From Flavobacteriales bacterium (GTDB taxonomy: Bacteria > Bacteroidota > Bacteroidia > Flavobacteriales_D > CAJJDF01), in contig CBFHVI010000010.1 of NCBI GenBank assembly GCA_965658995.1, positions 4,581-68,580 of the forward strand: DNA of 64,000 bases. The letters are read 5' to 3'. The translations under genes were made by a program, and so were the position numbers. The notes beneath the pieces were generated by a model, which was not told the DNA's origin, did no database searches, and saw nothing but the letters and a program-made list of their open reading frames with translations. Numbering within the stretch: the first letter of the stretch is position 1; each line of letters opens with the position of its first letter. Below are positions 1 to 12,388 of this stretch, in pieces.

Positions 1-327
1 GGAGCCAAAGAAGTTCTAGTAATTAGAGTTCTAGGTGGTTCTGGAAAGAGATATGCATCGATTGGAGACAAAATTGTCGTGGCGGTGAAATCTGCTGCTC
101 CAAATGGAAACATCAAGAAAGGATCCGTTTCAAAAGCTGTAGTTGTGAGAACCAAAAAGGAAATCAGAAGACCAGATGGATCTTACATAAGATTTGATGA
201 TAACGCGGCTGTAATGCTCAACGAAGGAGGGGAAATGAGAGGAACAAGAATTTTTGGTCCTGTAGCGAGAGAGTTAAGAGATAAGCAGTTCATGAAGATT
301 GTTTCATTGGCACCAGAAGTGCTTTAA
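1..327 (+). CDS. rplN: 50S ribosomal protein uL14, 5'-partial (N-terminus upstream of window)
   Basis: Frame 1 is open from nt 1 and reads [36 protein letters not shown]...VSLAPEVL, the canonical uL14 sequence. Stop TAA at 325-327. It sits directly upstream of L24/L5. Confidence 0.95.
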   Translation, partial: GAKEVLVIRVLGGSGKRYASIGDKIVVAVKSAAPNGNIKKGSVSKAVVVRTKKEIRRPDGSYIRFDDNAAVMLNEGGEMRGTRIFGPVARELRDKQFMKIVSLAPEVL

Positions 328-339
328 TTGAATAGAATT

Positions 340-711
340 ATGACAAATAAGAAATTACATATCCAAGTAGGAGATTCAGTGTTTGTAAATACAGGTGTTT
401 CTAAAGGGAAAAAGGCTGAAGTTATTTCCATCAACAAGAAAACTTCGAGAGTTACAATCAGAGGAATTGAAGGAGATACTTTACACCCAATAAAGAAACA
501 CGTAAAGCCTAATGCTGACAAGAACTTCCCAGAAGGAGGGATTATTGAGAAAGATCCTACGATTCATATCTCTAACTTGATGTTGTTAGATCCTAAATCA
601 GGAGAACCAACAAAAATTGGAAGAAAAAGAAAGGAAGTTGAGATCAAAGGAAAGAAAAAAACAGTTTCTGTTCGGTTTTCTAAAAAATCACAAGAAGAAA
701 TTAGCAAGTAA
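340..711 (+). CDS. rplX: 50S ribosomal protein uL24
   Basis: [16 protein letters not shown]... (KOW-like) and [19 protein letters not shown], positioned between L14 and L5. ATG 340 is preferred over the in-frame TTG at 328 used by the ORF track. Confidence 0.9.
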   Translation: MTNKKLHIQVGDSVFVNTGVSKGKKAEVISINKKTSRVTIRGIEGDTLHPIKKHVKPNADKNFPEGGIIEKDPTIHISNLMLLDPKSGEPTKIGRKRKEVEIKGKKKTVSVRFSKKSQEEISK

Positions 712-1259
712 TGGAATATAGACCAAGATTAAGACAAGAATACTCAGAAAGAGTAATTGCAGCTTTGACTGAAAAATTCGGTTACAAGAATGTAATGGAA
801 GTGCCAAAACTAACTAAAGTTTGTTTGAGCCAAGGTATTGGAAAGGCAGTTTCAGATAAGAAATTAGTGGATTCGGCCGTAGAGGAAATGACAATCATTT
901 CTGGGCAGAAAGCTATGGCTACATACTCTAAAAAGGATATCTCAAACTTTAAATTAAGAAAAGGGATGCCAATTGGAGCGAAAGTAACATTGAGAGGAGA
1001 GAAAATGTGGGAATTTACGGATAGATTTGTTTCGATATCTTTGCCAAGAACAAGAGATTTTAGAGGAATTGAATCAAAAGGATTTGATGGAAGAGGAAAC
1101 TACACGTTAGGAATCAAAGAGCAGATTATTTTTCCAGAAATCGATATCGATAAAATAAAGAATATTACTGGAATGGACATCACTTTTGTTACAACAGCAA
1201 AAACGGATGAAGAGGCGAGAGAATTGTTAACCCAATTAGGATTCCCTTTTAAAAAATAA
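711..1259 (+). CDS. rplE: 50S ribosomal protein uL5
   Basis: 182 aa with [29 protein letters not shown] and [20 protein letters not shown]. The start overlaps the rplX stop (TAATG). Confidence 0.95.
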   Translation: MEYRPRLRQEYSERVIAALTEKFGYKNVMEVPKLTKVCLSQGIGKAVSDKKLVDSAVEEMTIISGQKAMATYSKKDISNFKLRKGMPIGAKVTLRGEKMWEFTDRFVSISLPRTRDFRGIESKGFDGRGNYTLGIKEQIIFPEIDIDKIKNITGMDITFVTTAKTDEEARELLTQLGFPFKK

Positions 1260-1266
1260 AAGAAAG

Positions 1267-1536
1267 ATGGCAAAAGAATCAATGAAAGCTAGGGAGCGTA
1301 AAAGAGAAGCAATGGTTGCTAAATATGCTCAGAAAAGAAAAGAATTAATTGAAGCAGGAGATTTCGATGGTTTACAAAAACTACCAAGAAATGCGAATCC
1401 AGTAAGATTACATAATAGATGTCAATTAACTGGAAGACCAAGAGGATACATGAGACAATTCGGTATTTCTCGTGTGACTTTCAGAGAAATGGCTTTGGAA
1501 GGAAAGATACCAGGTGTTAAGAAAGCAAGTTGGTAA
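1267..1536 (+). CDS. rpsN: 30S ribosomal protein uS14 (long, non-zinc form)
   Basis: 89 aa; [13 protein letters not shown]...[39 protein letters not shown]. Confidence 0.95.
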   Translation: MAKESMKARERKREAMVAKYAQKRKELIEAGDFDGLQKLPRNANPVRLHNRCQLTGRPRGYMRQFGISRVTFREMALEGKIPGVKKASW

Positions 1537-1564
1537 TTAATAAATATTTTTAAGAAAAAATAAA

Positions 1565-1963
1565 ATGGTAACAGATCCAATAGCAGATTACTTAACGAGA
1601 ATTAGAAACGGAATCATGGCGAAGCACAGAGTAGTTGAAGTGCCAGCATCTAACATGAAAGTAGCAATTTCTAAAATTTTGTTAGAAAAAGGATATATCT
1701 TGAACTATAAGGTAGTAGAAGATAATAAACAAGGAATTATTAAAATAGCGTTGAAATACGATCCAAGAACAAACTTGAATTCAATTTCGAAACTAATTAG
1801 AGTTAGTAAGCCAGGTTTAAGAAAATACACGGGGGCAGAAAATATGCCAAGAGTATTAAATGGTTTAGGAATTGCAATTCTATCAACTTCAAAAGGGGTA
1901 ATTACCAATAAAGAAGCTGCTGATTTAAATGTTGGTGGAGAAGTATTGTGTCACGTATATTAA
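1565..1963 (+). CDS. rpsH: 30S ribosomal protein uS8
   Basis: 132 aa; [13 protein letters not shown]...GGEVLCHVY. Confidence 0.95.
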   Translation: MVTDPIADYLTRIRNGIMAKHRVVEVPASNMKVAISKILLEKGYILNYKVVEDNKQGIIKIALKYDPRTNLNSISKLIRVSKPGLRKYTGAENMPRVLNGLGIAILSTSKGVITNKEAADLNVGGEVLCHVY

Positions 1964-1972
1964 TAGAAAATT

Positions 1973-2527
1973 ATGTCAAGAATAGGAAACGCAATAATTA
2001 CAGTACCGGAAGGTGTAACAATCTCATTAGATGAGGCAAACGTTGTTACTGTTAAAGGGAAGAACGGTGAGTTAACTCAAACGATGCACCCTGATATTAC
2101 AATGAGGAATGAAGAGGGAGTATTGACTTTTGAGCGAGCTTCGGATCAGAAAGAAGTTAGAGCTGCCCACGGTTTATATAGATCTTTGGTAAACAACATG
2201 ATTATTGGAGTAACAGAAGGGTATAAATTGCAATTGGAATTAGTAGGAGTAGGATTTAGAGCAAGCACAAGTGGTCAGATGTTGGATTTGGCACTTGGAT
2301 TCTCTCACCCGATCATTATGGAAATTCCAAAAGAAGTGAAAGTATCTGCTGAAACAGTGAAAGGAAAGCCACCAGTTATTACATTGGAGTCTCATGACAA
2401 ACAATTAGTAGGGCAGGTAGCCGCAAAAATTAGATCTTTCAGAAAACCTGAGCCATACAAAGGAAAAGGTGTAAGATATGTGGGAGAACAATTAAGAAGA
2501 AAAGCTGGTAAGTCAGCAGCTAAATAA
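1973..2527 (+). CDS. rplF: 50S ribosomal protein uL6
   Basis: 184 aa; MSRIGNAIITVPEGVT...PEPYKGKGVRYVGE. Confidence 0.95.
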   Translation: MSRIGNAIITVPEGVTISLDEANVVTVKGKNGELTQTMHPDITMRNEEGVLTFERASDQKEVRAAHGLYRSLVNNMIIGVTEGYKLQLELVGVGFRASTSGQMLDLALGFSHPIIMEIPKEVKVSAETVKGKPPVITLESHDKQLVGQVAAKIRSFRKPEPYKGKGVRYVGEQLRRKAGKSAAK

Positions 2528-2553
2528 TAGATATTAGTTAAAGTCAACAAAAG

Positions 2554-2904
2554 ATGCCATTAACAAAGGACCAAAGAAGAACCAAAATAAAGAGAAGAAT
2601 CAGAAAGAAATTTTCTGGGACGCCTACTAAACCTAGACTATCTGTTTTCAGAAGTAACAAGGAAATTTACGCTCAAATAATTGATGACGAAAATAATGTT
2701 ACGTTAGCCTCTGCCACTTCCTATGTAAAGGGGTTTGTGACAGGAACAAAAACTGAAAAAGCAAAAGAGGTTGGTGCACAAATAGCTAAAAAAGCAATTG
2801 AAGCAGGAATCGAGACTGTAGTATTTGACCGTAATGGTTATGTATACCACGGTAGAGTAAAAGCTTTAGCGGATGGAGCTAGAGAAAACGGATTAAAATT
2901 TTAA
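2554..2904 (+). CDS. rplR: 50S ribosomal protein uL18
   Basis: 116 aa; [19 protein letters not shown]...[27 protein letters not shown]. Confidence 0.95.
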   Translation: MPLTKDQRRTKIKRRIRKKFSGTPTKPRLSVFRSNKEIYAQIIDDENNVTLASATSYVKGFVTGTKTEKAKEVGAQIAKKAIEAGIETVVFDRNGYVYHGRVKALADGARENGLKF

Positions 2905-2914
2905 AAAAGATTAT

Positions 2915-3421
2915 ATGTCTAAGTTATTAAGATCGGGAGATTTAGAATTAAAGGATAAAGTTGTTGCTATTAACAGAGTAACAAAAGTAACGAAAGGTGG
3001 ACGACACTTCAGTTTTTCTGCTATCGTTGTGGTAGGGGATGAGAATGGAATTGTAGGGCACGGATTAGGAAAAGCGAATGAAGTAACAGAAGCTATCACG
3101 AAAGCGATAGATAATGCGAAAAAGAACCTAATTAGGGTTCCAATTATCAACGGAACTATTCCTCATTCTCAATTCGAGAAATTTGGAGGGGCTAGAGTTC
3201 TTCTAAAGCCAGCGTCAAATGGTACAGGAGTTATTGCAGGAGGTGCAATGCGTGCTGTTCTTGAAAGTGTTGGTGTACATGATGTACTTGCAAAGTCTCA
3301 AGGTTCTTCAAACCCACACAACTTGGTTAAAGCTACTATCAATGCTTTGGCAGGAATGAGAAGCGCGAAAGAAGTTGCAAAGCAAAGAGGCGTAAGCTTA
3401 GATGTAGTATTTAACGGATAA
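2915..3421 (+). CDS. rpsE: 30S ribosomal protein uS5
   Basis: 168 aa; [41 protein letters not shown]. Confidence 0.95.
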   Translation: MSKLLRSGDLELKDKVVAINRVTKVTKGGRHFSFSAIVVVGDENGIVGHGLGKANEVTEAITKAIDNAKKNLIRVPIINGTIPHSQFEKFGGARVLLKPASNGTGVIAGGAMRAVLESVGVHDVLAKSQGSSNPHNLVKATINALAGMRSAKEVAKQRGVSLDVVFNG

Positions 3422-3435
3422 AAATAAAGTCGAAG

Positions 3436-3612
3436 ATGGCAACTATTAAAATAAAACAAGTTAGAAGTACAATCAAAAAACCTTTGAGACAAAAAAGAAC
3501 AATTAAAGCCTTAGGTTTTAAAAGGTTAAACCAAGTGATTGAGAAAGAGGCGACTCCTCAAATCTTGGGAATGATTAGAAAAGTGAATCATTTGATTCAA
3601 GTAGTAGATTAA
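3436..3612 (+). CDS. rpmD: 50S ribosomal protein uL30 (58 aa; below the ORF-track length cut-off)
   Basis: Hand translation from ATG 3436 gives MATIKIKQVRSTIKKPLRQKRTIKALGFKRLNQVIEKEATPQILGMIRKVNHLIQVVD, stop TAA 3610-3612. It fills the S5-L15 gap exactly as in other bacteria. Confidence 0.9.
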   Translation: MATIKIKQVRSTIKKPLRQKRTIKALGFKRLNQVIEKEATPQILGMIRKVNHLIQVVD

Positions 3613-3637
3613 TTACTCAGAAAGAATTTTTTATATA

Positions 3638-4093
3638 ATGGAATTACATAATTTAACACCTGCGGAAGGTTCAAACAAGAACAAGAAAGTAAGAATTGGT
3701 AGAGGTCAGGGTTCTGGAAAAGGAGGAACTGCTGCAAGAGGTCATAAAGGAGCTAAATCAAGATCTGGTTATTCAAGAAAAATTGGATTTGAAGGAGGGC
3801 AAATGCCTCTTCAAAGACGTGTGCCAAAGTTTGGTTTTAAAAACATCAACAGAGTAGAATATTTAGGGATTAATTTAGATGTGTTGCAAAGTATTGCGGA
3901 TGCTGACAAAGATGCGAAAGTTATTGATTTGGCGTATTTGGTAGAGAACGGGTATGCACACAAGAATGATAGAATCAAGATTTTAGGAAGAGGTGAGTTG
4001 AAAGCGAAATTGGATGTCACAGTTCATAAATTTACTAAATCCGCTAAAGAAGGAATAGTGGCAAATGGAGGAACTGCTGTAGAATTGGCTTAA
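3638..4093 (+). CDS. rplO: 50S ribosomal protein uL15
   Basis: 151 aa; LHNLTPAEGSNKNKKVRIGRGQGSGKGGTAARGHKGAKSRSG. Confidence 0.95.
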   Translation: MELHNLTPAEGSNKNKKVRIGRGQGSGKGGTAARGHKGAKSRSGYSRKIGFEGGQMPLQRRVPKFGFKNINRVEYLGINLDVLQSIADADKDAKVIDLAYLVENGYAHKNDRIKILGRGELKAKLDVTVHKFTKSAKEGIVANGGTAVELA

Positions 4094-4120
4094 TCTCAAT
4101 AATCACCTTTTAACATTTTT

Positions 4121-5455
4121 ATGAAAGCATTAATTGATAAAATAAAACAAATCTGGAGTATCGAAGAACTAAGGAATAGAATAGTTCTGACTTTATCCTT
4201 GATATTGGTGTACCGTATTGGTTCATTTATTGTTTTGCCAGGAGTTGATCCAGACAAAATTCAAGATGCTGATGGAATTTTTAATTTGATTAACATATTT
4301 GCAGGGGGTGCGTTTTCAAGAGCTTCAATTATGGCACTTGGAATAATGCCTTATATCTCTGCATCTATTATTATGCAGTTAGCGGGTATTGCAATTCCAG
4401 CAATTCAAAAAATGCAAAGTGAAGGGGAAAGTGGTAGAAAGAAAATAAATCAATTTACAAGAATATTGACCATAGCCATCTGTGCGCTACAAGCACCAGG
4501 ATACCTTACTTCTTATGTGCCTTCTGAGGCAATCATGGGAGGTCAGGGTGCCACTTTTATCTGGTGGTTGACTTCGGTAATTTTATTGATTGCAGGATGT
4601 GTATTTGCCATGTGGTTAGGTGAAAAAATAACAGACAAAGGGATTGGAAATGGAATTTCAATTTTAATTATGATTGGAATTATCGCTGGATTACCTGGAG
4701 CTTTCGTAACCGAAGTCTTTGGTAAGCTTGGGAATGGTGGTTTTGTCATTTTACTACTAGAAATTGTGTTCCTAGTTGCAGTAACTATTTTTTCTATCTT
4801 ACTTGTTCAAGGTACAAGAAGGATTCCAATTCAGTCTACCAAGAGAGTAGTAGGTGCAAGAGGAAATTCGAATATGGTAGAAGGAGGTTCTAGGTCTTAC
4901 ATTCCGTTGAAAGTGAACGCTGCGGGAGTAATGCCAATTATCTTTGCCCAAGCATTGATGTTTATTCCAGCTTTGCTTTCACCAAACTCAGCAACCTTTA
5001 GTAACATAAATGGTTTCTGGTATAATTTCTTATTTGCGTTAATGATTATTATCTTTACGTATTTTTACACAGCAATTACAGTTAATCCAAAAAAGATAGC
5101 TGAAGATTTAAATAGAAGTGGTAGCTTTATTCCTGGAGTTAAGCCGGGTGAAAAAACTGCTGACTTCATCGATACATTATTGTCAAGAATTACCTTTCCA
5201 GGTTCTGTTTTCTTGGCATTAATTGCAATTTTGCCGGTATTTGCATACCAGGCAGGAATAAAGCAAGAATTTGCTTTGTTCTATGGTGGAACATCTCTCT
5301 TGATATTAGTAGGAGTTATGTTGGACACTTTGCAGCAGATAGAATCACATTTGTTGAGTCGTCATTACGATGGTTTAATGAAGAATGGAAGATTAAAAGG
5401 AAGAGGAGGAGCTACGGCATTTCAAAGTGCTGGAAACAACACGAGCTCAATATAA
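4121..5455 (+). CDS. secY: preprotein translocase subunit SecY
   Basis: 444 aa polytopic membrane protein; IFAGGAFSRASIMALGIMPYISASIIMQL; position after rplO. Confidence 0.95.
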   Translation: MKALIDKIKQIWSIEELRNRIVLTLSLILVYRIGSFIVLPGVDPDKIQDADGIFNLINIFAGGAFSRASIMALGIMPYISASIIMQLAGIAIPAIQKMQSEGESGRKKINQFTRILTIAICALQAPGYLTSYVPSEAIMGGQGATFIWWLTSVILLIAGCVFAMWLGEKITDKGIGNGISILIMIGIIAGLPGAFVTEVFGKLGNGGFVILLLEIVFLVAVTIFSILLVQGTRRIPIQSTKRVVGARGNSNMVEGGSRSYIPLKVNAAGVMPIIFAQALMFIPALLSPNSATFSNINGFWYNFLFALMIIIFTYFYTAITVNPKKIAEDLNRSGSFIPGVKPGEKTADFIDTLLSRITFPGSVFLALIAILPVFAYQAGIKQEFALFYGGTSLLILVGVMLDTLQQIESHLLSRHYDGLMKNGRLKGRGGATAFQSAGNNTSSI

Positions 5456-5465
5456 TTAGGTACTA

Positions 5466-6245
5466 ATGGGAGTGCACTATAAGACGAAGGAGGAGATAGA
5501 ATTAATAAGACAGAGTTCTTTACTTGTTGGTAAAACTTTAGCGGAAGTAGCTAAGCTAATTAAGCCAGGTGTTAGTTCACTTGAGCTAGATAAAGTGGCA
5601 GAAGAATTCATTAGAGATAATGGAGGTGTTCCAACTTTCTTGGGGTATAATGGTTTTCCAGGTTCCCTTTGCATTTCAATTAATGAATGCGTAGTTCACG
5701 GAATTCCAAATGCAAAACCACTTGAAAATGGAGACATTATTAGTGTGGATTGTGGAGTTTATAAGAATGGGTTCAATGGAGATTCAGCATATACTTTTCA
5801 GGTAGGAGAAGTGGAAAGAGAAACACAGCAATTGTTGCGAGTAACTCATGAATGTCTAGAAAAGGCAATCGAAGCTTGCAGAGTTGGAAACCGGATAGGC
5901 GATATAGGTCATGCTTGTCAAAAGCATGCCGAAAGCTACGGATACGGTGTAGTGAGAGAATTAGTAGGTCATGGTTTAGGAAGGAATCTACATGAAAGTC
6001 CTGAAGTTCCAAATTACGGAAAACCAGGTAGAGGATTAAAGTTGCGAGAAGGATTAGTGTTGGCGATAGAGCCAATGATAAACATGGGAACAAAAGAAAT
6101 TGATCAATTGAATGACGGTTGGTCAATTGTGACACAAGACAGAAAACCTTCAGCTCACTTTGAACACGATGTAGCTATAGTAGATGGGAAACCAGAAGTT
6201 TTGTCGACATTTGAATACATAGAAGAAGCATTAAAGATAAAATAA
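5466..6245 (+). CDS. map: type I methionine aminopeptidase
   Basis: 259 aa; FLGYNGFPGSLCISINECVVHGIP, DCGVYKNGFNGDSAYTF, VGHGLGRNLHE, EPMIN, FEHDV. No adk between secY and map, as I recall is usual in Bacteroidota. Confidence 0.93.
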   Translation: MGVHYKTKEEIELIRQSSLLVGKTLAEVAKLIKPGVSSLELDKVAEEFIRDNGGVPTFLGYNGFPGSLCISINECVVHGIPNAKPLENGDIISVDCGVYKNGFNGDSAYTFQVGEVERETQQLLRVTHECLEKAIEACRVGNRIGDIGHACQKHAESYGYGVVRELVGHGLGRNLHESPEVPNYGKPGRGLKLREGLVLAIEPMINMGTKEIDQLNDGWSIVTQDRKPSAHFEHDVAIVDGKPEVLSTFEYIEEALKIK

Positions 6246-6248
6246 TAC

Positions 6249-6467
6249 ATGGTAAAACAAGCGTCAATAGAACAAGATGGATTAATCATAGAATCATTAT
6301 CCAATGCTAAGTTTAAAGTTGAACTTGAAAATGGGCACGTAATAACTGCTCATATATCTGGAAAGATGAGAATGCACTACATTAAGATTCTTCCAGGAGA
6401 TAAAGTAAAAGTAGTAATGTCACCTTATGATTTGACTCAAGGTAGAATTACTTTAAGATATAAATAA
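6249..6467 (+). CDS. infA: translation initiation factor IF-1
   Basis: 72 aa S1-like protein; [47 protein letters not shown]. Confidence 0.95.
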   Translation: MVKQASIEQDGLIIESLSNAKFKVELENGHVITAHISGKMRMHYIKILPGDKVKVVMSPYDLTQGRITLRYK

Positions 6468-6486
6468 ACAGTTAGTAACATCAGAG

Positions 6487-6603
6487 ATGAAAACAAGAGC
6501 ATCAGTAAAAAAGAGATCTGCAGATTGCAAAATCGTAAGAAGAAAAGGCAGGTTGTACGTGATTAACAAGAAGAATCCAAAATTCAAACAAAGACAAGGA
6601 TAA
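6487..6603 (+). CDS. rpmJ: 50S ribosomal protein bL36 (38 aa; below the ORF-track length cut-off)
   Basis: Hand translation gives [38 protein letters not shown], stop TAA 6601-6603. Classical infA-rpmJ-rpsM position. Confidence 0.9.
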   Translation: MKTRASVKKRSADCKIVRRKGRLYVINKKNPKFKQRQG

Positions 6604-6613
6604 ACTATATATT

Positions 6614-6991
6614 ATGGCAAGAATTTCAGGAATAGATCTACCAAAGAACAAAAGAGGGGTAGTAGGATTAACTTACATCTTCGGAATAGGTAGAGGAAGA
6701 GCTAAGGAAATATTGAAGACTGCTGGTGTTGATGAAAACATCAAAGTTCAAGATTGGGATGATGATCAGTTAAGTAAAATCAGAACAGCAATTACGGAAA
6801 CTTACAAAGTGGAAGGTGCGTTGCGTTCAGAAGTACAATTGAACATTAAAAGATTGATGGATATTGGTTGTTACAGAGGAATAAGACACAGAAGTGGACT
6901 TCCGTTGAGAGGACAAAGAACCAAGAACAATTCAAGAACAAGAAAAGGAAGAAAGAAAACTGTTGCAAACAAAAAGAAAGCAACTAAATAA
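6614..6991 (+). CDS. rpsM: 30S ribosomal protein uS13
   Basis: 125 aa; [26 protein letters not shown]...[22 protein letters not shown]. Confidence 0.95.
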   Translation: MARISGIDLPKNKRGVVGLTYIFGIGRGRAKEILKTAGVDENIKVQDWDDDQLSKIRTAITETYKVEGALRSEVQLNIKRLMDIGCYRGIRHRSGLPLRGQRTKNNSRTRKGRKKTVANKKKATK

Positions 6992-7004
6992 TAAGTAGTT
7001 TATT

Positions 7005-7391
7005 ATGGCAAAGACAAATGCAAAGAAAAAAAAGAAAGTTGTTGTAGAATCAACTGGACAAGCTCATATCCAAGCTTCGTTCAATAACATCATCATTTCT
7101 TTAACAAACAATAGTGGTCAAGTAATTTCTTGGTCATCTGCTGGAAAGATGGGATTTAGAGGATCTAAAAAGAATACTCCTTACGCTGCACAAATGGCAG
7201 CTGAAGATTGTTCAAAAGAGGCTTTTGAATATGGATTGAGAAAAGTAAAGGTTTTTGTAAAAGGTCCTGGTCAAGGAAGAGAATCAGCAATCAGAACAAT
7301 TCACAATGCAGGAATTACCGTTACAGAAATCGTTGATGTAACTCCAATTCCACACAATGGATGTCGTCCACCAAAAAGAAGAAGAGTTTAA
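7005..7391 (+). CDS. rpsK: 30S ribosomal protein uS11
   Basis: 128 aa; [18 protein letters not shown]...[16 protein letters not shown]. Confidence 0.95.
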   Translation: MAKTNAKKKKKVVVESTGQAHIQASFNNIIISLTNNSGQVISWSSAGKMGFRGSKKNTPYAAQMAAEDCSKEAFEYGLRKVKVFVKGPGQGRESAIRTIHNAGITVTEIVDVTPIPHNGCRPPKRRRV

Positions 7392-7432
7392 TCATTAATA
7401 GAGTTATCTAACAAAAGATATAAAAGAGCATT

Positions 7433-8038
7433 ATGGCAAGATATACAGGCCCAAAATCGAGAATTGCAAGAAGATTTAAAGAACCAATCTTTGGACCAGA
7501 CAAAAGTTTGGAGAAAAGAAATTATGGTCCAGGTCAGCATGGTCCAAATAAAAGAAGACCAAAGCAGTCTGAATACGGAATCCAATTGATGGAAAAGCAA
7601 AAAGCAAAATATACTTACGGTATTTTGGAAAAGCAATTCAGAAACTTATACAAAAAAGCGAAAGCTAGTAACGGAATTACAGGTGAAGTGTTGCTTCAGT
7701 TGTGTGAGCAAAGACTCGACAACGTAGTGTATAGATTGGGAATTTCTCCAACTAGAAGTGGAGCGAGACAATTTGTGTCTCACCGTCACATTACGGTAAA
7801 CGGAGAAGTGTTAAACATTCCTTCTTACCAAGTAAAAGAAGGAGATGTGATTGGAGTAAGAGAGAAATCAAAATCGATTCCTGGTATCACTTCGTCTATT
7901 GCTTCAAACAATAAATCTTTTGATTGGATGGAATGGAACCCAAGTGAGATGAGCGGTAAGTTTATCAAAGTTCCAGAAAGAGTTCAGATTCCTGAGAACA
8001 TCAAAGAACAATTAATAGTCGAGTTATACTCTAAATAA
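7433..8038 (+). CDS. rpsD: 30S ribosomal protein uS4
   Basis: 201 aa; [15 protein letters not shown]...[31 protein letters not shown]. Confidence 0.95.
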   Translation: MARYTGPKSRIARRFKEPIFGPDKSLEKRNYGPGQHGPNKRRPKQSEYGIQLMEKQKAKYTYGILEKQFRNLYKKAKASNGITGEVLLQLCEQRLDNVVYRLGISPTRSGARQFVSHRHITVNGEVLNIPSYQVKEGDVIGVREKSKSIPGITSSIASNNKSFDWMEWNPSEMSGKFIKVPERVQIPENIKEQLIVELYSK

Positions 8039-8065
8039 TAACTAGAACAAAAAAATAGTTAAAAA

Positions 8066-9055
8066 ATGGCAATATTAGATTTTCAAAAACCAGATAAGGT
8101 AATCATGCTTGACTCTGACGAATTCGTAGGAAAATTCGAATTCAGACCGTTGGAGCCGGGTTATGGTATTACTGTTGGTAATTCATTAAGAAGAATTCTT
8201 TTGTCTTCATTAGAAGGTTTTGCGATTACTTCTCTTCACATCGAAGGTGTAGATCACGAATTTTCTTCTATTAAAGGAGTTGTTCAAGATGTAACTGAAA
8301 TCATTCTTAACTTGAAGCAAGTTAGATTCAAGAGACAAATTGAAGATACTGAGACAGAAACTGTAAAATTCAAAATTAGCAACCAAACTAAGTTTACAGC
8401 TGCGGATATAGGTAAAGCAACCTCGGCATTCCAAGTGATCAATACAGATATGGTAATCTGTGAATTGGATAAAGGTGTAACTCTTGAAGTAGAGCTAAAC
8501 ATTGGAAAAGGTAGAGGATACAGACCTTCTGAAGAGAACAAAGATGAAAACTCTAAAATCGGAACTATCGCAATTGATTCTATATTTACACCAATCAAAA
8601 ATGTAAAATATACGGTGGAAGATTACCGTGTAGAACAAAGAACGGATTACGAGCAACTCAACTTTGAAATAACTACTGATGGATCAATCGACCCAAAGTC
8701 GGCTTTGAAAGAGGCTGCGAAAATATTGATTCACCATTTTATGTTGTTTTCTGATGAAAGAATCACGCTAGATGTTGATGAGAAGAAGAGTGAGGAAGAG
8801 TTTGATGAGACTTCGTTACACATGAGACAGTTGTTGAAAAACAAACTTGTAGACATGGAGTTGTCAGTGAGAGCACTTAATTGCTTGAAATCTGCAGACG
8901 TAGAAACACTAGGTGAGCTAGTATCTTACCACAAAAGTGACTTATTAAAATTCAGAAACTTCGGAAAGAAATCTCTTACTGAATTGGAAGAATTGATCGA
9001 GTCAAAAGGATTGGCATTTGGGATGGATGTTTCAAAATACAATCTAGAGAGCTAA
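8066..9055 (+). CDS. rpoA: DNA-directed RNA polymerase subunit alpha
   Basis: 329 aa; [28 protein letters not shown]; C-terminal domain [22 protein letters not shown]. Confidence 0.95.
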   Translation: MAILDFQKPDKVIMLDSDEFVGKFEFRPLEPGYGITVGNSLRRILLSSLEGFAITSLHIEGVDHEFSSIKGVVQDVTEIILNLKQVRFKRQIEDTETETVKFKISNQTKFTAADIGKATSAFQVINTDMVICELDKGVTLEVELNIGKGRGYRPSEENKDENSKIGTIAIDSIFTPIKNVKYTVEDYRVEQRTDYEQLNFEITTDGSIDPKSALKEAAKILIHHFMLFSDERITLDVDEKKSEEEFDETSLHMRQLLKNKLVDMELSVRALNCLKSADVETLGELVSYHKSDLLKFRNFGKKSLTELEELIESKGLAFGMDVSKYNLES

Positions 9056-9085
9056 AATTTATATCACGAGAGATAATAGGAAGAA

Positions 9086-9631
9086 ATGAAACACGGAAAA
9101 AAGTTTAAAAGTTTAAGTAGAACTAAATCACACAGAAAAGCACTAATGGGTAACCTTGCTTCTGAGTTGGTTAAGCACAAGAGAATTAAAACTACTTTAA
9201 CTAAAGGAAAGGAGCTAAGAAAATACATTGAGCCAGTTTTGACTAAGTGTAAAGAAGATACTACTCACAACAGAAGATTAGTCTTTAAAGCTTTGTTGAA
9301 CAATGAACAAGCGAAAGGATTAGTTACTGAATTGTTTAGAGAAGTTGCTCCAAAAATCATGGACAGACCAGGGGGATATACAAGAATTATTAAGTTGCCA
9401 CCAAGACAAGGAGATAATGCACCTATGTGTTATATCGAGTTGGTAGACTACAACGAGTTGTACTCATCAGAAGGAACTACAGAAAAGAAAACTACAAGAA
9501 GAAGTAGAAGAGGAGGAGCTAAAAAAGCTGCTGAGACTACTGAAGCTGTAGCAGACAAAGCTGTGGAGGCTAAACCAAAAGAAGAGCCAAAAGCTGAGGA
9601 TCCTAAACCAGCAGACTCTGAAGAAGAATAA
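9086..9631 (+). CDS. rplQ: 50S ribosomal protein bL17 with K/E/A-rich C-terminal extension
   Basis: 181 aa; [25 protein letters not shown]...[25 protein letters not shown], then a charged tail. Confidence 0.93.
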   Translation: MKHGKKFKSLSRTKSHRKALMGNLASELVKHKRIKTTLTKGKELRKYIEPVLTKCKEDTTHNRRLVFKALLNNEQAKGLVTELFREVAPKIMDRPGGYTRIIKLPPRQGDNAPMCYIELVDYNELYSSEGTTEKKTTRRSRRGGAKKAAETTEAVADKAVEAKPKEEPKAEDPKPADSEEE

Positions 9632-9659
9632 ATGAATTGTTATTAATTATTTATAAAAA

Positions 9660-9692
9660 GGATGTAATTTAAGAATTACATCCTTTTTTTTT
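9660..9692 (+). terminator. rho-independent terminator closing the ribosomal-protein/rpoA operon
   Basis: GGATGTAATT (9660-9669), loop TAAG, AATTACATCC (9674-9683), then a 9-T run (9684-9692). Confidence 0.8.
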
Positions 9693-9696
9693 AACT

Positions 9697-9704
9697 TATT
9701 TTTG
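9697..9704 (+). promoter_or_regulatory. candidate Bacteroidota -7 promoter box (TAnnTTTG) for carA-eno
   Basis: TATTTTTG, 33 nt upstream of the carA ATG and just after the terminator. No clear -33 TTTG seen. Confidence 0.35.
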
Positions 9705-9736
9705 CATAAATCAATCAATTTTAAACCGATTTAAAC

Positions 9737-10849
9737 ATGACAGAAAAGAAAAAAGCAATCTTATTGCTAGCAGATGGAACTGTTTTTGAAGGAAATGCAA
9801 TTGGGAAACCTGGAACTTATTCAGGTGAAATTGCATTTAATACGGGGATGACGGGATACCAAGAAATTTTTACAGATCCTTCTTATTACGAGCAAATATT
9901 AGTGATGACAACAGCTCATATTGGGAATTACGGAACGATACAATCGGAAATCGAGAGTGACTCAATAAAAATTGCAGGTTTGATAGTGAAGAAATTTTCG
10001 GAAACTCATTCGCGTGATGGAGAAGTTACTTCACTCAATGATTTATTAATTGAGAATAAGAGAGGGGGTATTAGTGACATTGATACCAGAGCCCTGGTAA
10101 GACATATTAGAAGTAAGGGAGCGATGAATGTAATAATTTCCTCTGAGATACATGATATCGATCAGTTAAATGAACTTTTATCGAAAACACCTTCGATGGA
10201 TGGACTTGAGTTGTCGTCAAAAGTATCAACAGAAGTGGCTTTTACGGTAGGAGAAGAAAACTCAACTCACAAAGTTGCTTTGCTAGATTATGGAGTAAAA
10301 AAGAATATTGTAAGATGTTTGGTTGATAGAGGGTGTTATGTTAAGGTCTTTCCATATAACACAAGTGCAGAGGAAATATTGGCATTTAGTCCAGATGGAA
10401 TTATGTTGTCCAATGGTCCCGGTGACCCTTCGGCTATGCCCAATGAAATAAAAACGGTACAAGAATTGTCAGAAGCTGGTATTCCGATTTTCGGAATTTG
10501 TTTAGGTCATCAAATATTGGCTTTGAGTCAAGGTCTTTCCACTTCTAAGATGCACAATGGACACAGAGGAGTCAATCATCCAGTAAAGAATTTGAAAACA
10601 GGTAAAGGAGAAATAACCTCTCAAAACCATGGTTTTGTTGTGAATAGAGAAGAAGCTGAGGCTCATTCAAATATAGAAATTACTCATGTCCATTTAAATG
10701 ACAACACATTGGCCGGAATGAAATTACTAGATAGAAAAATATTCTCGGTTCAATACCACCCTGAGTCGTCACCAGGACCTAACGATTCTAGATATTTATT
10801 CGATGATTTCGTTGAAAACATCAAAGAATCCAAAGCACAATTAGTATAA
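9737..10849 (+). CDS. carA: carbamoyl-phosphate synthase small (glutaminase) subunit
   Basis: 370 aa; FNTGMTGYQEIFTDPSYYEQILVMT; GATase triad region FGICLGHQILAL...QYHPESSPGPND. Confidence 0.93.
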   Translation: MTEKKKAILLLADGTVFEGNAIGKPGTYSGEIAFNTGMTGYQEIFTDPSYYEQILVMTTAHIGNYGTIQSEIESDSIKIAGLIVKKFSETHSRDGEVTSLNDLLIENKRGGISDIDTRALVRHIRSKGAMNVIISSEIHDIDQLNELLSKTPSMDGLELSSKVSTEVAFTVGEENSTHKVALLDYGVKKNIVRCLVDRGCYVKVFPYNTSAEEILAFSPDGIMLSNGPGDPSAMPNEIKTVQELSEAGIPIFGICLGHQILALSQGLSTSKMHNGHRGVNHPVKNLKTGKGEITSQNHGFVVNREEAEAHSNIEITHVHLNDNTLAGMKLLDRKIFSVQYHPESSPGPNDSRYLFDDFVENIKESKAQLV

Positions 10850-10867
10850 GTATAAGTCAAAGAATAA

Positions 10868-12160
<1,293 letters not shown>

Positions 12161-12185
12161 GTTATAGGAAGTTAATTTTATCTAA

Positions 12186-12218
12186 ATCCTTGTTAAGCAA
12201 TTAACAAGGATTTTTTTT
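12186..12218 (+). terminator. rho-independent terminator after eno
   Basis: ATCCTTGTTAA / TTAACAAGGAT stem around loop GCAA, followed by TTTTTTTT. Confidence 0.8.
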
Positions 12219-12388
12219 ACTCTTTTATTTTTATTGATCGAGATAATAATGTCAGTTTTTAATTTTGTAATTATCTTTCAATAAATAAATTACACACATT
12301 TTAAGTGTAATTTTTGTCAAGTTTGTCTTATTTCATAAGTAAAAATACTGTTGAATGGTCATCTTTGATAAATCAAATTCCAAATGCC